Positions 1 through 12,387 of a stretch of DNA of 64,000 nt are shown in pieces. The first letter of the stretch is position 1. Each line of letters opens with the position of its first letter. The notes below the pieces were generated by a model. That model worked only from the letters and a program-made list of their open reading frames with translations, did not search any database and had not been told where the DNA came from. The position numbers were made by a program, and so were the translations under genes. This DNA is from Cycas panzhihuaensis (taxonomy: Eukaryota > Plantae > Cycadophyta): positions 160,091,741 to 160,155,740 of the forward strand of contig CM041465.1 of assembly GCA_023213395.1 (NCBI GenBank), read 5' to 3'.

Positions 1-3000
1 TATGATATAGCCCTAGAAGAAGACACTTGACGTGGGTGTAAATAAGCAGGTGGGTAGGCCCCCCCTAAAACTAATTAGAGAGCAAGAGGTGGCAGCCTAG
101 GTAGATCAAGGTAGCCAGAAAATACTAAATAATGCCTTTCTAGAAGGGCCTAATCTCTGATCTAGAATAGATAGAAGAGACCGATTGAAAGAGGAATCTA
201 GTGAAGTTTGGAAGCAAAGAAGAAGGAGATGAAAATAATATCATGGAATGTAAGGGGACTGAATGCCCCCTCGAAATAGAGAATTGTTAGGGATATGAGG
301 GTTAGACATCACCCAGATTTAATGTTTCTATAGGAAACAAAGTTAAGCATGGAGAATGGGCAAAGGATCAGAAACAAAATATGGAGGAAAGTAGAGGGCA
401 TAAATATAGGCTACACTCAAGGAGCAAGGGGTCTAATGGTGCTATGGGATTTAAATGTTTGGTTTAGAAAAATTCACTTAGCAGAGGATTCCTTTGTCTC
501 TGTGTGGCTAACTCACAGAAGTAATAATCTCATATGGCTTTCCACTAATGTCTATACCCCAAACCTTCAAGAGGCTAGGAAAAGGTTATGGGACAGGATA
601 CTAGAAGTCCATAGGGACTACGGTGCCCCTTGGCTGTTGGCGGGTGACTTCAGTACAGTGTTGTGTCCAAGTGATAAAAGAGGGGGTACAGATGGATGGA
701 CCAGTAGCATGAACAAGTCTAGGGGCTTCTTGCAATAAGGGGGTTTAGAGGACATGAAGCTTAGGGGGGCTTCATATACCTAGTCCAATAAGCATATTGG
801 GGAAAGTCTAATCCAAATCAGACTTGATAGGGTATTGGTCAATTATGACTCGCTGAGATGTTTTCAGGACTTTACCTTAGAGGCTCTTCTGAGAATAAAC
901 TCTAATCACTCTCCACTTCCTTTTCAATTTTCGGATCTAGAAAAATTTAACGGGTCTCCTTTTAGGTTCGAAATAATATGGCTCAAACATCCTGATCTCC
1001 GTAACATGATTGAGGAATGGTGGGGTGTTCAAATATGTGGCCATGCTATGTATAAGTTCTCGAAGAAATTACACTGGGTAAAAAGGTAAGTAAAGGTATG
1101 GAATAAGGAAGTATTTCAAAACATACAGGTACTCAAGGACAAAACCATATTGGATATACAAGAGATTGGGGATAGGATACAGTGGGAGGGTAGATCCATA
1201 GATCTCGATAAGACCAAAAAGGAATTGGTCAAAACCCTGGAGGAGATTCCTATCAAAGAGGAAATACACTGGAGGCAAAAATCTAGGGCATTATAGCTAG
1301 CCGAGGGTGATAGAAACACTAAATTCTTCCATATGACCACTGTAAAGCATAGAGCGAATAACATAATAACTAACCTATAGAGAGAAGATGTCTCGACAGT
1401 AAATTCCATGGAGGACATGAAGGAACTGGATAGAAATTACTTTAAGGATCTATTTACAAAGCCGCTAGATGGTGATATGGATAGAAGGAAGGACTTTCTA
1501 AATAACATCCCCAGATTGGTGAACGATTCTCAAAATGCAAGGTTGATGACTCCTCTCACACAAGATGAGGTTAGAAAGGCTCTCTTTGATATGAAGAGAG
1601 ATAAAGCTCTGGGCCCCGATGGATTCCCTCTGGGGTTCTTTTAGGAGATTTAGGATATCATAAAGAGTGACCTCATGGAGGCACTTCAAGAATTCTTTGT
1701 AAATCATAAGATCCTTCAGGAATGGTAGGCAACATTCCTTATTCTTATTCCTGAAAAAGAAGGGGCAAAGAAAATGGAGGAGTACTGTCCCATTAGTCTC
1801 TGCAATGTTAAGTATAAGATTATAACTAAGGTTCTGGCCAATAGACTTAAGAAGATAATGTCGAATATTATCTCTCAGAACCAGGATGGATTCTTACATG
1901 GAAGACAGATCTACAATGGCTTCATAGTGGTCCATGAAATAATGCATTCAGTCAAGGAAAGGAAGGAGCTTGCGATGCTCATTAAAATTAACCTTACAAA
2001 GGCCTTTGATAGGGTCTCTTGGGATTGCCTTATGGAATGCCTTGAAGCATTAGCTTTGGGGAATTATGGTGGACTTGGATTAAGCTCTGCATAGGTAGCC
2101 CACAATACTCATTCATTATCAATTGGTCCTCTTCTGGGTTTTTCCTAGGTTTTAGGGGTTTGAGACAAGGTGATCCTATCTCTCCCCTTCTCTATATAAC
2201 TATGGCCAAAATGTTGGGAAGAACTATGGAGGCTGCTAGAAGATAGGGGATTATTAAAGGTATAAAGCTGACATCAGGGGTGGATAATGTCATTCACCAT
2301 CAATTTATTGATAACAATATCCTTTTAGGGAAGGCAGCCATTAAAGAGGTATGCAAATTTAAGGAGATCTTGGGACATTTCGAGAGGGCTATGAATCAGA
2401 AAATTAGCTTAAACAAAAGCAACATTTACTTTATAAACACCCCGGGAGGCACCTAGGGTAGGATAACCAGGATTTTAGAGATGGGCATTAAGAAGCTACC
2501 CACAACTTATCTTGGTTTGCCCCTCTTGGATGGTAAAATGTCCAAGGAAATGTGGAACCCCCTCATCGACAGGATGCAAAGGAAGCTGGCTAGCTAGAAA
2601 GATGCCCTCCTAAGTCTAGTAGGGAAATTATAGCTTGTGGCTTCTACACTCCAGAGTATTCCAGTATACTGGATGACTATCTTTAGATTGCCATTTGGAA
2701 TCTCAGCTACTATTGAAGCCATCCAGAAGGATTCCTATGGTCTAGGGTAGAGGACAAAGATAGGATTCACCTGGTAAGCTAGACCAATGTATGTACTCCA
2801 AAATGGGTCGGCAACCTTAACTTGAGAAGGATCCCAACTTTTAATGCTGTTTTGGGGGATAAATTAGGATGGTGTATCGTCAAGGGGGGAGAGAGACTAT
2901 GGGAGAAGATTCTCAAATAAAAATATCTTCAAGATGGTTCTTTCATTGAAAATCTCCCTCCCTTGGCCAGCTCAGCTATTTGGAGAAGCGCCCTTAAAGC

Positions 3001-4411
3001 TTGGAATGCCGTCAAAGAAGGGCTAAAATGGAGATTGGGTGATAGTAGAAACATTAAGTTCTGGGAAGATATGTGGTGCTGTGACAAGGCCTTAAAATTA
3101 TTCCCAGATCTTGTCCTTGCCCAGGATTACTGCGTGCAGACATATGGATCCCTAGTGAAGGCATATTGGATGGGGATAAGGAGAGATAGAAGATGGAGAA
3201 ATTTCGAGGAAGTCTAGGGGGAGCAGCTTCTCCAGCATAACCTTTCCAAAATCAAAAGTATCATGGATAAAAGTTATATTCTAAGGATGCCCTCCCTGGA
3301 TACTGTCGTGTGGCCTTCAAGTCCAACTGGGGAATACGACGCCAAATATGGTTACCATTTCTTATGCATGGTTAGAGGGACCAGAAGAATGAATTACTTG
3401 AAGGTATATGGAAGCTCTTACTTATTCCCAAGATTGCAATGTTTTGGTGGATCTATTTAAAAAACAGAATCCTTATTGTAGATAACCTCAAAAAGAGAGG
3501 TTTCCATATGACTAACAGATGTATCCTATGCTACAAAGGGGAAGAATCCTTGGACCACATTTTACTCGGATGCCCATATTCGAGAGAGGTATGGGGGATG
3601 CTACTGGATAAACTAGAGGTGTGTTGGAAAGGTAGTCAACTAATGGTTTGCTTAGCAAAGCCCATTCAAAAGCAATGTCTTAAGCAGTATTTAAAAGAGT
3701 GCATTTCTGATACTGTCATGGAACATATGGAAGAAAAGAAACAGAGGAATCTTCCAAGGGAGCCAGATGGACCAGTATACGATTTTCAGTAAAATCTCCA
3801 CGGACATTAGGGAAAATATTAGAAACATTAAGGAGAAACACACCATCATGATAGAAAATAGAATCCTATTAAAATGGGGTATCGAGCCAATATATGTAGT
3901 TGCCAAGGTAAGACTTAGCCGTTGGTTGCCTCCGGAGGAATCCTGATTAAAAATTAATTTTGATGGTGCATCAAAAGGGAACCCTGGAGAAGCAGGGGGA
4001 GGGGGTATATGTAGAGGCAACCTTGGAAATCCTATATGGGCCTTCGCTGACTATTATAACCACCAAATAAACCACTATGCAGAAATAAATGCCATGCTTA
4101 AAGCTATTGACCTAGCCCTTGTTGGTTGTTCCAGGTGATTGGAAATTGAGGGTGACTTAGAGACGGTTATCAATTCGCTGAAAGGCTTAGTCATCTAGGA
4201 TTGCAGATTTTAGTCCATGATCAATAACACAAAGGAGAGTCTTAAGGGGTTGGAAGATGTTTCGATAAAGCACACGTTAAGAGAATGAAACAAAGCAGCT
4301 TACTATTTGGCAAACTGGGGGGTTAGGCAAAAGGAAGACACCATTTGGAGATATGACTTTCCTAAGGAGCTCATGGTTCTGGTTAAGAAGGATAAGGTTC
4401 AAGATAGCTAG
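1..4411 (+). mobile_element. L1-clade LINE (5' part outside window): ORF1 C-terminus plus decayed ORF2 with endonuclease, RT, zf-RVT and RNase H domains
   Basis: ORF1 tail reads VGRPPLKLIREQE...GSQKIL and stops at 158-160. ORF2 starts MKIISWNVRGLN at 229. The true 3' end is not defined and may extend past the Copia insertion to about 14540. Confidence 0.93.
229..4411 (+). pseudogene. LINE ORF2 pseudogene
   Basis: Motifs in order: SWNVRG, ETK, LAGDF, RLDRV, SNHSP, GDRNTKFFH, KALGPDGF, PISLCNVKYKIITKVLANRL, KAFDRVSW, LRQGDPISP, QFIDN (YADD equivalent), YLGLP, CILC..ESLDHILLGC, KINFDGASKGNPG, IEGD. Many TAG/TGA stops and frameshifts. Confidence 0.93.
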
Positions 4412-4780
4412 CCAAGGGACTTGTCCTCGCGAAATTGTTTCTTTACCTAGACCGTGGGGTTGTCACGGTCATCTATGACTGGGAAGCTTAAAGTTTATTG
4501 ATGTACTAAGTTGTGGGACCCTGTTTTAAACCCACTTATAACTCATTTTTACCTTATCAAAAACAAAATGTAACCTTTGAGGGGTAATAGAGGTCATAAA
4601 ATTCATAGACAAAATCTCTATTGATCTCATCTTGGCCTTGTTTAAAAGAGAAGAGGACTTTAGCCCCACTCTTAAATGGTCATGCAACAATGAAATAATT
4701 AATAAATGAGTTGACCAATTACTAAAAGTAGGTGATAAAGTAGGAGGGAAGGTGATAGAACCACTTAATGGCATCATCCT

Positions 4781-5223
4781 TATGAGAATAGGCACATGCA
4801 TATCATCATAGGATTAAATTAAATATAAAACCATAGGAAAACAAATGATATTACACATGTACACAGGTTGATAGGTGGAAAACCCTTTCTGGGGAAGAAA
4901 AACCACCTCCATAAGTTGTATTTTTATTAAGAATAACTGTAAACAGATTACCATGCACTGAAACTACCTAACCATCAAACTAGCCTTTAAAAAGGCATTC
5001 AAAGCCCTCCTAGATTCATGGAACCATCTCCTTGAATCTAGGAGATGAATTTATACAAAGAAAGGTTCGTTGAAATGCAGTTCCATATTTCAACCACCTT
5101 TCACATAAGATAAATTAATAAACATTAAAGTTTAAATATTATGATAACTTAAATACACATTTAGACATGTGACTTAAATATAAACTTTTAAAGGAATATA
5201 AAAATTATATTAACATTCTAACA
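4781..5223 (-). repeat. 3' LTR of Copia element 1
   Basis: Direct repeat of 11943-12387; ends TCTAACA and is followed on + by TCCCCCTTT (PPT on minus). Confidence 0.95.
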
Positions 5224-5306
5224 TCCCCCTTTAATGTAAACTTTTGTGCTGTAGAAAAAGAAAGTCTTCATCACGATGATCCCCCTTTGATGGAGACTTC
5301 TTTTAT

Positions 5307-8300
5307 CTACAATAAATCTCTGAGATTTAGAAAATTTACTTTAGTTAAAGACTTCGTAAGAATGTCAGCAATCTATAGATCTGTTGGACAATAAGACAAA
5401 GAAACAAGATTATCAGTAACTAAATTACAAATAAAATGCTGATGTAATTTAATATGCTTAGTCCTAGAATATGAAACTAGATTTGTAACTATAACAATTG
5501 CACCTTGATTATCAACTTTAAGTTTAATAAAAGAGTTTAGAGACAGACCAATTTTATTTAGTAAAGATTTGAGCCAAAGTGCTTCTTTACCAGCTTCAAT
5601 AAATGCACGATATTTCGTTCCAGTTGTGGATAAAACAAGTGCCTACATTTTCTTACTAGACCAAGTGATAGGTGAGGAATCTATAAAAAATACATAACTT
5701 AAAGTAGATTTGCAATCATTTATATCACCTGCCCAATCAGAATCAGTATATCCAGTTAAAGATAGAGGTTTATTGCAAAAATTATAAGTTAAACTATAAA
5801 AAATAGTATGCTTTAGATAGTATAAGATATGTTTAGCTACTTTCCAATGAGATTTGTGTGGTTGTTGCATATAACGGGAACATAAAGTGACATCATAGGA
5901 AATGTCAGGACGGGTGTGAGTTAGATAGATAAGACTACCAATTAGTTGTCTATATAGTGTAGAGTCACATAAAGGTGATGAACAATCAGTAGATAGCTTA
6001 ACTCCTGATTGTAACGGATTAGATATGAGTTTAGCATTTTCCATATTAAACCACTGAATTAAGTCTAGAATATACTTAGGTTGAGATATAGTTATATTTG
6101 AATGATTTTGATAAACTTGTAGACTAAGAAAGTAATGCAGTAGACTTAAATTGGTCATTTCAAATTTGGTCATTAAAGTAGATTTTAAATGATGAATATG
6201 ATTGGTTCATGATCCAATAATGATAATGTCATCAACATAGAGGATTAGAATAGTAAGATTTTTATTTTCATGTTTAAAATAAAGATTTGGATCCTTAATA
6301 CATCTACTATATCCAATCTGAATTAAATAATTGTTAACTTTGGTATACCAAGATTAAGGAGCTTATTTTAAACCATAAATTGATTTCTTAAGTTTGCAAA
6401 CTAAATTAGGATTTTCAATAAATCCAGGTGGATGGGACATATAGATCTCTTCTTTAAGATCACCATTCAAGAAAGCACTCTTAACATCCATTTGATGGAT
6501 TTCCTAACTAAATTTGGCTGCTAGAGAAATAATTATTTTGATTATATTTATTTTTGCAGTAGGGGCAAAGGTTTTATTATAATCAATGCCATCTATTTAT
6601 GAAAAACCTTTTGCAACAAGGTAAGCTTTATATTTTTCAACTGCGCATGTTGAGTTATATTTTATCCTATAGACCCATTTACAGTCAACTATATTTTTCC
6701 CAGGTGGGAGAGGAACAAGATCCCAAGTTGAATTTTTAATTAAAGCATCAAATTCAATCTGCATAGTGTCCTACCATACAAAATTGTTGCTAGCTTGTTT
6801 AAATGTTCTGGGATCATTGTTATCCATTATTTTTGCCATTAAGGCAAAATTAGCATGTAGTTTTTGGGCATATGTATGCATGATATTGGTAGAATTACCT
6901 ACATCAGATCTAGCATCAGCAAGTATTTTCATTACCCAAATAAGTTGCTTGTGAGTAACTATTTCTAAAGATGCAGATTGATTTGATGAACTAGCCTGAA
7001 GGGAAGGATCTATATCAGTAGGTTCAGATAGAGTCCAATTTTGGACTTGAGTTGATAAGGATTCTATAACTTCTGGATCAGCTTGTTTGCTAGATGGGTC
7101 AACCAAATAGGTATTGGTTAACAAACTTTCAACAAGAAGTTCTACATAAGTAGATATTGAAGAAAATCCTTCTTCATCAAATATTATGTCGTGTAAAATA
7201 GAAATTTGATGCGTGACTGGATCTAAGAGTCTATGAGCTTTACTCTCTTCGCTGTATCAAACGAATATATATTTTTGACTTTTTTTTGTCTAATTTTTTA
7301 CGTTTTTTATGAGGGATGTATCCCCACGTAATACTGCCAAAGATTCGTGAATGATTGATAGATGGTTTTCTTCTAGACCATTTTTGTTCTAGAGTAACAT
7401 TCTGTAGACATTTACTAGATAAACAATTTAATAAATAGTTAGAGCAGTTAATTGCTTCTGCTAATAATTTTAGATCTAGATTCTTTGCATGTAATATGTA
7501 ATGAGTCATCTCAATAAGAGTATGATTTTGTATTTAGCAACACCATTTTGTTGAGGTATGTATGCAATAGAATGCTAGAACCAAATTCCATGTGATTTAT
7601 AGAAAGAAGTAAATTTTCCACTTAAATATTACTTTGCATTATTAGATCAAAAAATTTTGATTTTTGAATTTGATTGATTTTCCACTAGCGTTTTGTATTC
7701 AATGAAAATGTCAAACATTTGAATATATGTTTTGAGCATGTAAACCCAATATTTTCTTGAATAATCATCTATAAATATAATAAAATAATGAGAACCTGAG
7801 TATGATGTTACATGAAAGGGTCCACATATATCAGAGTGGGCAAGTTCAAGTGGAGCAGTTGCTCTAAATTGACTTTTATGTGGAAATGAATCCATGTGTT
7901 GTTTACCTATCACACAGGCTTTACAAACACCATAAACAGTGTTTAAGGGTGGTAGACCATGAACCATTTCATGCTTCTTTAAATATTGCAGTTTGCCATA
8001 ACTTGTATGGCCAAATCATGCATGCCAAAGTTTGCTGACTGAGTCAAATTTGGTAATAAAGGCACTAAAAGATTTTGATTTGTTATTTTGTAGACTTGTT
8101 AGACTATAGAGACCTATGTTATGATCAACAAGTCTTGAGGCAATACATTTGAATTTGTTTAATGGTTCCTTAATGATAAATTTATTTTTCTAGAATTCAA
8201 CGACAAGGTCTTTCTGGCAGATTTGATAGACAGAGAGTAGGTTTGGTAATAAACTAGGTACATAAAAGATGTCATTTATTGAACTATCTTTTAAGATGAC

Positions 8301-9500
8301 ATCACTTAATCCTTTGACTTTAAGTTAATTACCACTTCTGCAATAAATCTCTTCTTTAGAGTTCATTTTGGATTGATAAGTGGTTAAATTTTTCAGGTGT
8401 CTAGTCATATGATGGGATGCACCAGAGCCAAGGATCCACTATGGTGGTTGATTTGTAGGGGCAACAAACGTAGAAGTTATTGCTACTAAAGAGCGATTAT
8501 GAATTTGATGATTTTGGGGTCATGATTGAGAATGGGATTAAGGTCAATTTTGTAATCCCTTGTAATCTTTCCATGCTTCTAAAGCTATTCTACTTTTACA
8601 GATATCAATAGTGTGGCATCTTTTATGACAATAGGCACAACTAGTATTCTGAGAAGAAGTTACATTGTTCTTATTATGAAAGAACTAATTAGAAGTATTA
8701 TGGTGTTTAGTTGGACCAGAATACTTAACATTATTTTATAAATTAGATGGTGAACCTCTATGAGGTTTCTAAAATTTTGGATTATTATGAAAATTATTCT
8801 ATTATTTATTTTTAAATTGTAGCTTAGTTTTGGAAAATAAAACCTGTGAAGGATCTTTTAATGTGCCTGTTTGAATTAACATTGTCTGATATTTAATTAG
8901 TTGGTTTGTCAACTGATTGAATGTTATAGGTGGGTTACCAGCTTGTTGTCTTGCAGTTTTGTAGAGATTAAAGTATTTTGGTAGTTTGTTTACTGCAAAA
9001 CGTATGAGTGTATCATCGTCTCTAGCATGCGTGATTATTTTCTCAGTATCACCTTCTTTAGTTTTAGATTTGACGTAATTTCCTAGATCTTTATTAATTA
9101 ATTGAATTTTACTTAAAAAAACCTCAACATTGGAAAAATTATCAAAAGTAAGGTTATACAATTGCTATTCTAGGATAGCCACTTGATGTGTATCTACCTT
9201 GTAATATTTTTCTTGTAAGGTTTTCTAGATAGTGGCCAAGTCATCTGTTTCAGAAAACTACCAACTGATTTCTGGTAAGAGTGAGTTTAATATGGTGCGT
9301 AAGGCTATATTTAAGTTCATCAAATATACCATATAACTCTCTGTAGCATCTTCTTTTGGTTTCTTAAATTCACCTATCACATATCGCCATATCTTTTGCT
9401 GTTTAAGTTGATGAGATATGCGATTCCTATAGTCGACATAGTTTGAGTCAGTTAATACTGAAATTAGAACGCAGGCAGTTGTCCCTGGCATTAATGCCAT
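5307..9500 (-). pseudogene. Copia gag-pol pseudogene
   Basis: Gag MALMPG...LTDSNYVDY...IWRYVIG; protease W(I)LGSGASHHMT; integrase CKACVIGKQH...AHSDICGP...FIDDYSR; RT YRQLIGSLIYLTHTRPDI; RNase H GYTDSDWAGD, ADILTK. Interrupted by stops. Confidence 0.95.
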
Positions 9501-10341
9501 ATTGGGAGTTATGAGGTTTGATTGAAGATTAAAGAATATGAAGGTGATTGAAAAAAAAATCACTTACTAAAAGTACTAATCATTAGATTAATTTAAAAGG
9601 CATAATTTTTTAAAAAATGAAAAAGAAAGTATTGTAATATACATTACTTGCTTTTCCCTTAAACAAATAATGACATGTTCTTAAACAAATATCCTCCTTA
9701 AGAAATAGTCCCCTTTGATAAATAATCCCCTTTGATAAATAGTCCCCCTTTAACAAACAAATTAGTTACTCATACTCTGAAAAAATAAACAAATCCTTAG
9801 AGAAATAAAAAGTCCCCCTTGATTAAAACAGTCCTAATAAAAAAGTTCCCCTTAAAAAATAAATGTTTGCTAAAAAAGAGTTTTATTGATTATCAAGCAA
9901 ATTAAATTAAAGAAAATTTTACTGATTAGAACATAACTCTAATGTTGAAAGAGATTAAAATATTCAAATATTTAATGGGGTTTATAAAGAGTTTTTATTG
10001 ATTAAAAATGAAAATTTAATTAAAAATATATTAATATATTAAAGAGGTATTTTGCATTGGGAAGATACATTGCTTTTAATATTAAAATAAAGGGAGATTA
10101 ATATAGGGGGGATATTAAAGGAAGGTTTATATCAACATTAAATGAAGTTATAAAGAGGACTTATTTAGCATTAAAAAAAAAATATAGTTAGGGAGGGTGA
10201 TTATAATAAATATAATAAAAGGAGGGTTTGATATAATTAACAAAAAAAAAAAAAAAAAGCATATTATTTTATAATAAGGGAGGGAAATTAAAATATATAG
10301 AGAGTATTGATTTAGCCGAATTTGATTAGGCTTTAAAAAGT

Positions 10342-10366
10342 ATATATATATATATATATATATATA
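10342..10366. repeat. (TA)n microsatellite
   Basis: Direct TA run in the AT-rich leader of Copia 1. Confidence 0.9.
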
Positions 10367-11930
10367 TGTAATATTGAGAGGGAGTTAGATTTAAAAGTAG
10401 AGAATATAGTTAAGGGAAGGTCAATTGATTTAAATTTTAAAATGTAATAAAGTTTTGATTATTAAAAGGTATTAAGAGTAGACGATTAGTATTATTTTGT
10501 AAATCAAATGCTATAGGGAGGAATTAATTAAGTATAGGGGAGGGGGGATAAAATTTTATTTAAATTAAAATAAAAAAAGAAAATAGAAAAAAACCTAAAC
10601 GGGTAGACAGACTCGACGGACTATTTTGTTTTAACAAAGAAAATTAGAAATAAATCAAAATTGAAGTACGGGAGGGGGGGGTTAGGGTAGAAACCCTACT
10701 TACCTAGTTATGATGATGGCACTCACTCCATTGTATGTAGGATTAGCTTAAGAGGAAGATGGAGATGGTGTTCTAGAGAATGGGTGACTGACAGAGGAAG
10801 GTCTCGTAGGTTTAGCTCAAGGAGGAGCAGCTTGGAGGATGAACAGACTCAGAGCACAGAGGACGAACAAACTCAAAACTCAATCAAGAAACAGAGGCTT
10901 TGATCACATCACATATGGCTTCAACAATCTCTCATTCGTTAGTGCTTTGCTCTGGTTTTCTTCTTGAAATGGAGAATTTGTATGAAGGACCCCTTGATAA
11001 TCCTTTGCAAATGCAATTAGAAATTGTAATTGTGATGGGCCATTGATGTTATATATTTCAAAAATGATTCTTGCCTCTGATAAAGGTCAGTTCTTTGCAT
11101 TTTGGCCATGTGTTTTTAGGTATAATTGTAACTAGCATGTGTCTTTAGCTTGGCATCAGGCGTTCTCTTGTCATTTAAGACCTTCTCTTGATGTTGTCTT
11201 CAAAGCATTAGTTTTGGTATATCATCATCCAGGGCTTTACTAGTGCTTCTCCTTCATTGGAGTCTTTACGAGGTCTTCTATGTTGAAAGAGGGAGGTCTT
11301 TCAGTCCATGTGTTAGAGCATCTTCTGTGAAAGAATAGGTTCATCTATGCTCAAAGATCCCAGAGCCTGTAGTGGAAATAAAAACATCGTCTACAGAATA
11401 GGTTGCTTTGCTTTTGTAAGGCCTCTATCAGTAGGTAACAGTCAGAGCTTGTGACATCCCTAAGCCTCAAACTTGGGACCACGTAGAGTAGGGTAAGTGG
11501 ATGAGTTAGAAAGGCCATAAAACTTAGTTTCTATTGAGTCCATGAGGCTTTTTGTCAAAAATATGGCATCATCCTTTCTGAAGATTCAGTTTGTTGTTGC
11601 ATTTGTTTGATAGCCATGGTCATCCACTTCTTTCTCCCTCTTTTCTTGGGTTACTTTGATAAAACCCTGGCGTGATTGTTGGAGATGATAGCCTTGTCAT
11701 TATTCTCAATAATATCTCTCTCCAAGAAACTCCCTGTTCTATATAGACAGTTTAACTTGGCTATAACTTAATCTTGATTGGTAATGGAATTGTTGCTCTA
11801 TCTTAATGGCAGCTTTTGCTGTTGTGAAGAGGTAAATGGTATGCCAAGAAAAAAATAACAAACACCTGACTAGGCAAATTCATGCAACCAACAAATTAGG
11901 CGATTAGTTCTCCACATGAAACCTAATTAG

Positions 11931-11942
11931 GCTCTGATACCA
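11931..11942 (-). promoter_or_regulatory. Primer binding site (tRNA-iMet)
   Basis: GCTCTGATACCA on + reads TGGTATCAGAGC on -, directly abutting the 5' LTR. Confidence 0.95.
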
Positions 11943-12387
11943 TGTGAGAATATGCATATGCATATCATCATAGGATTAAATTAAACATAAAACCATAAGA
12001 AAACAAGTGATATTACATATGTACATAGGTTGACAGGTGGAAAACCCCTTCTAAGGAAGAAAAACCACCTCCTTAAGTTGTATTTTTATTAAGAATAGCT
12101 GTAAACAGATTACCATGCACTGAAACTACCTAATCACCAAACCATCCTTTGAAAATTCATTTAGACAGCCCTCCTAGATTCATGGAACCATCTCCTTGAA
12201 TCTAGGAGATGAATTTATACAAAGAAAGGTTCGTTGAAATGCAGTTCCACATTTCAACCACCTTTCACATAAGATAAATTAATAAACATTAAAGTTTAAA
12301 CATTATGATAACTTAAATATACATTTAGACATGTGACTTAAATATAAACTTTAAAAAGAACATAAAGATTACATTAACATTCTAACA
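11943..12387 (-). repeat. 5' LTR of Copia element 1
   Basis: TGTGAGAA...TCTAACA; paired with 4781-5223. Confidence 0.95.

Larger units (their letters stand above)
4781..12387 (-). mobile_element. Full-length decayed Ty1/Copia LTR retrotransposon with long (~2.4 kb) 5' leader
   Basis: Paired LTRs 4781-5223 and 11943-12387. Perfect 5-bp TSD ATCCT (4776-4780, 12388-12392). tRNA-iMet PBS at 11931-11942. PPT at 5224-5232. gag-PR-INT-RT-RH order on the minus strand. Confidence 0.97.

Noticed and set aside
1069-4020. Minus-strand ORFs within the LINE (1069-1278, 1116-1418, 1498-1707, 3691-4020)
   Set aside because: Antisense shadows of the ORF2 coding sequence.
11560-11615. LSEDSVCCCICL, resembling the start of a RING-H2 domain
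   Set aside because: Too short, and the remaining RING ligands do not follow.
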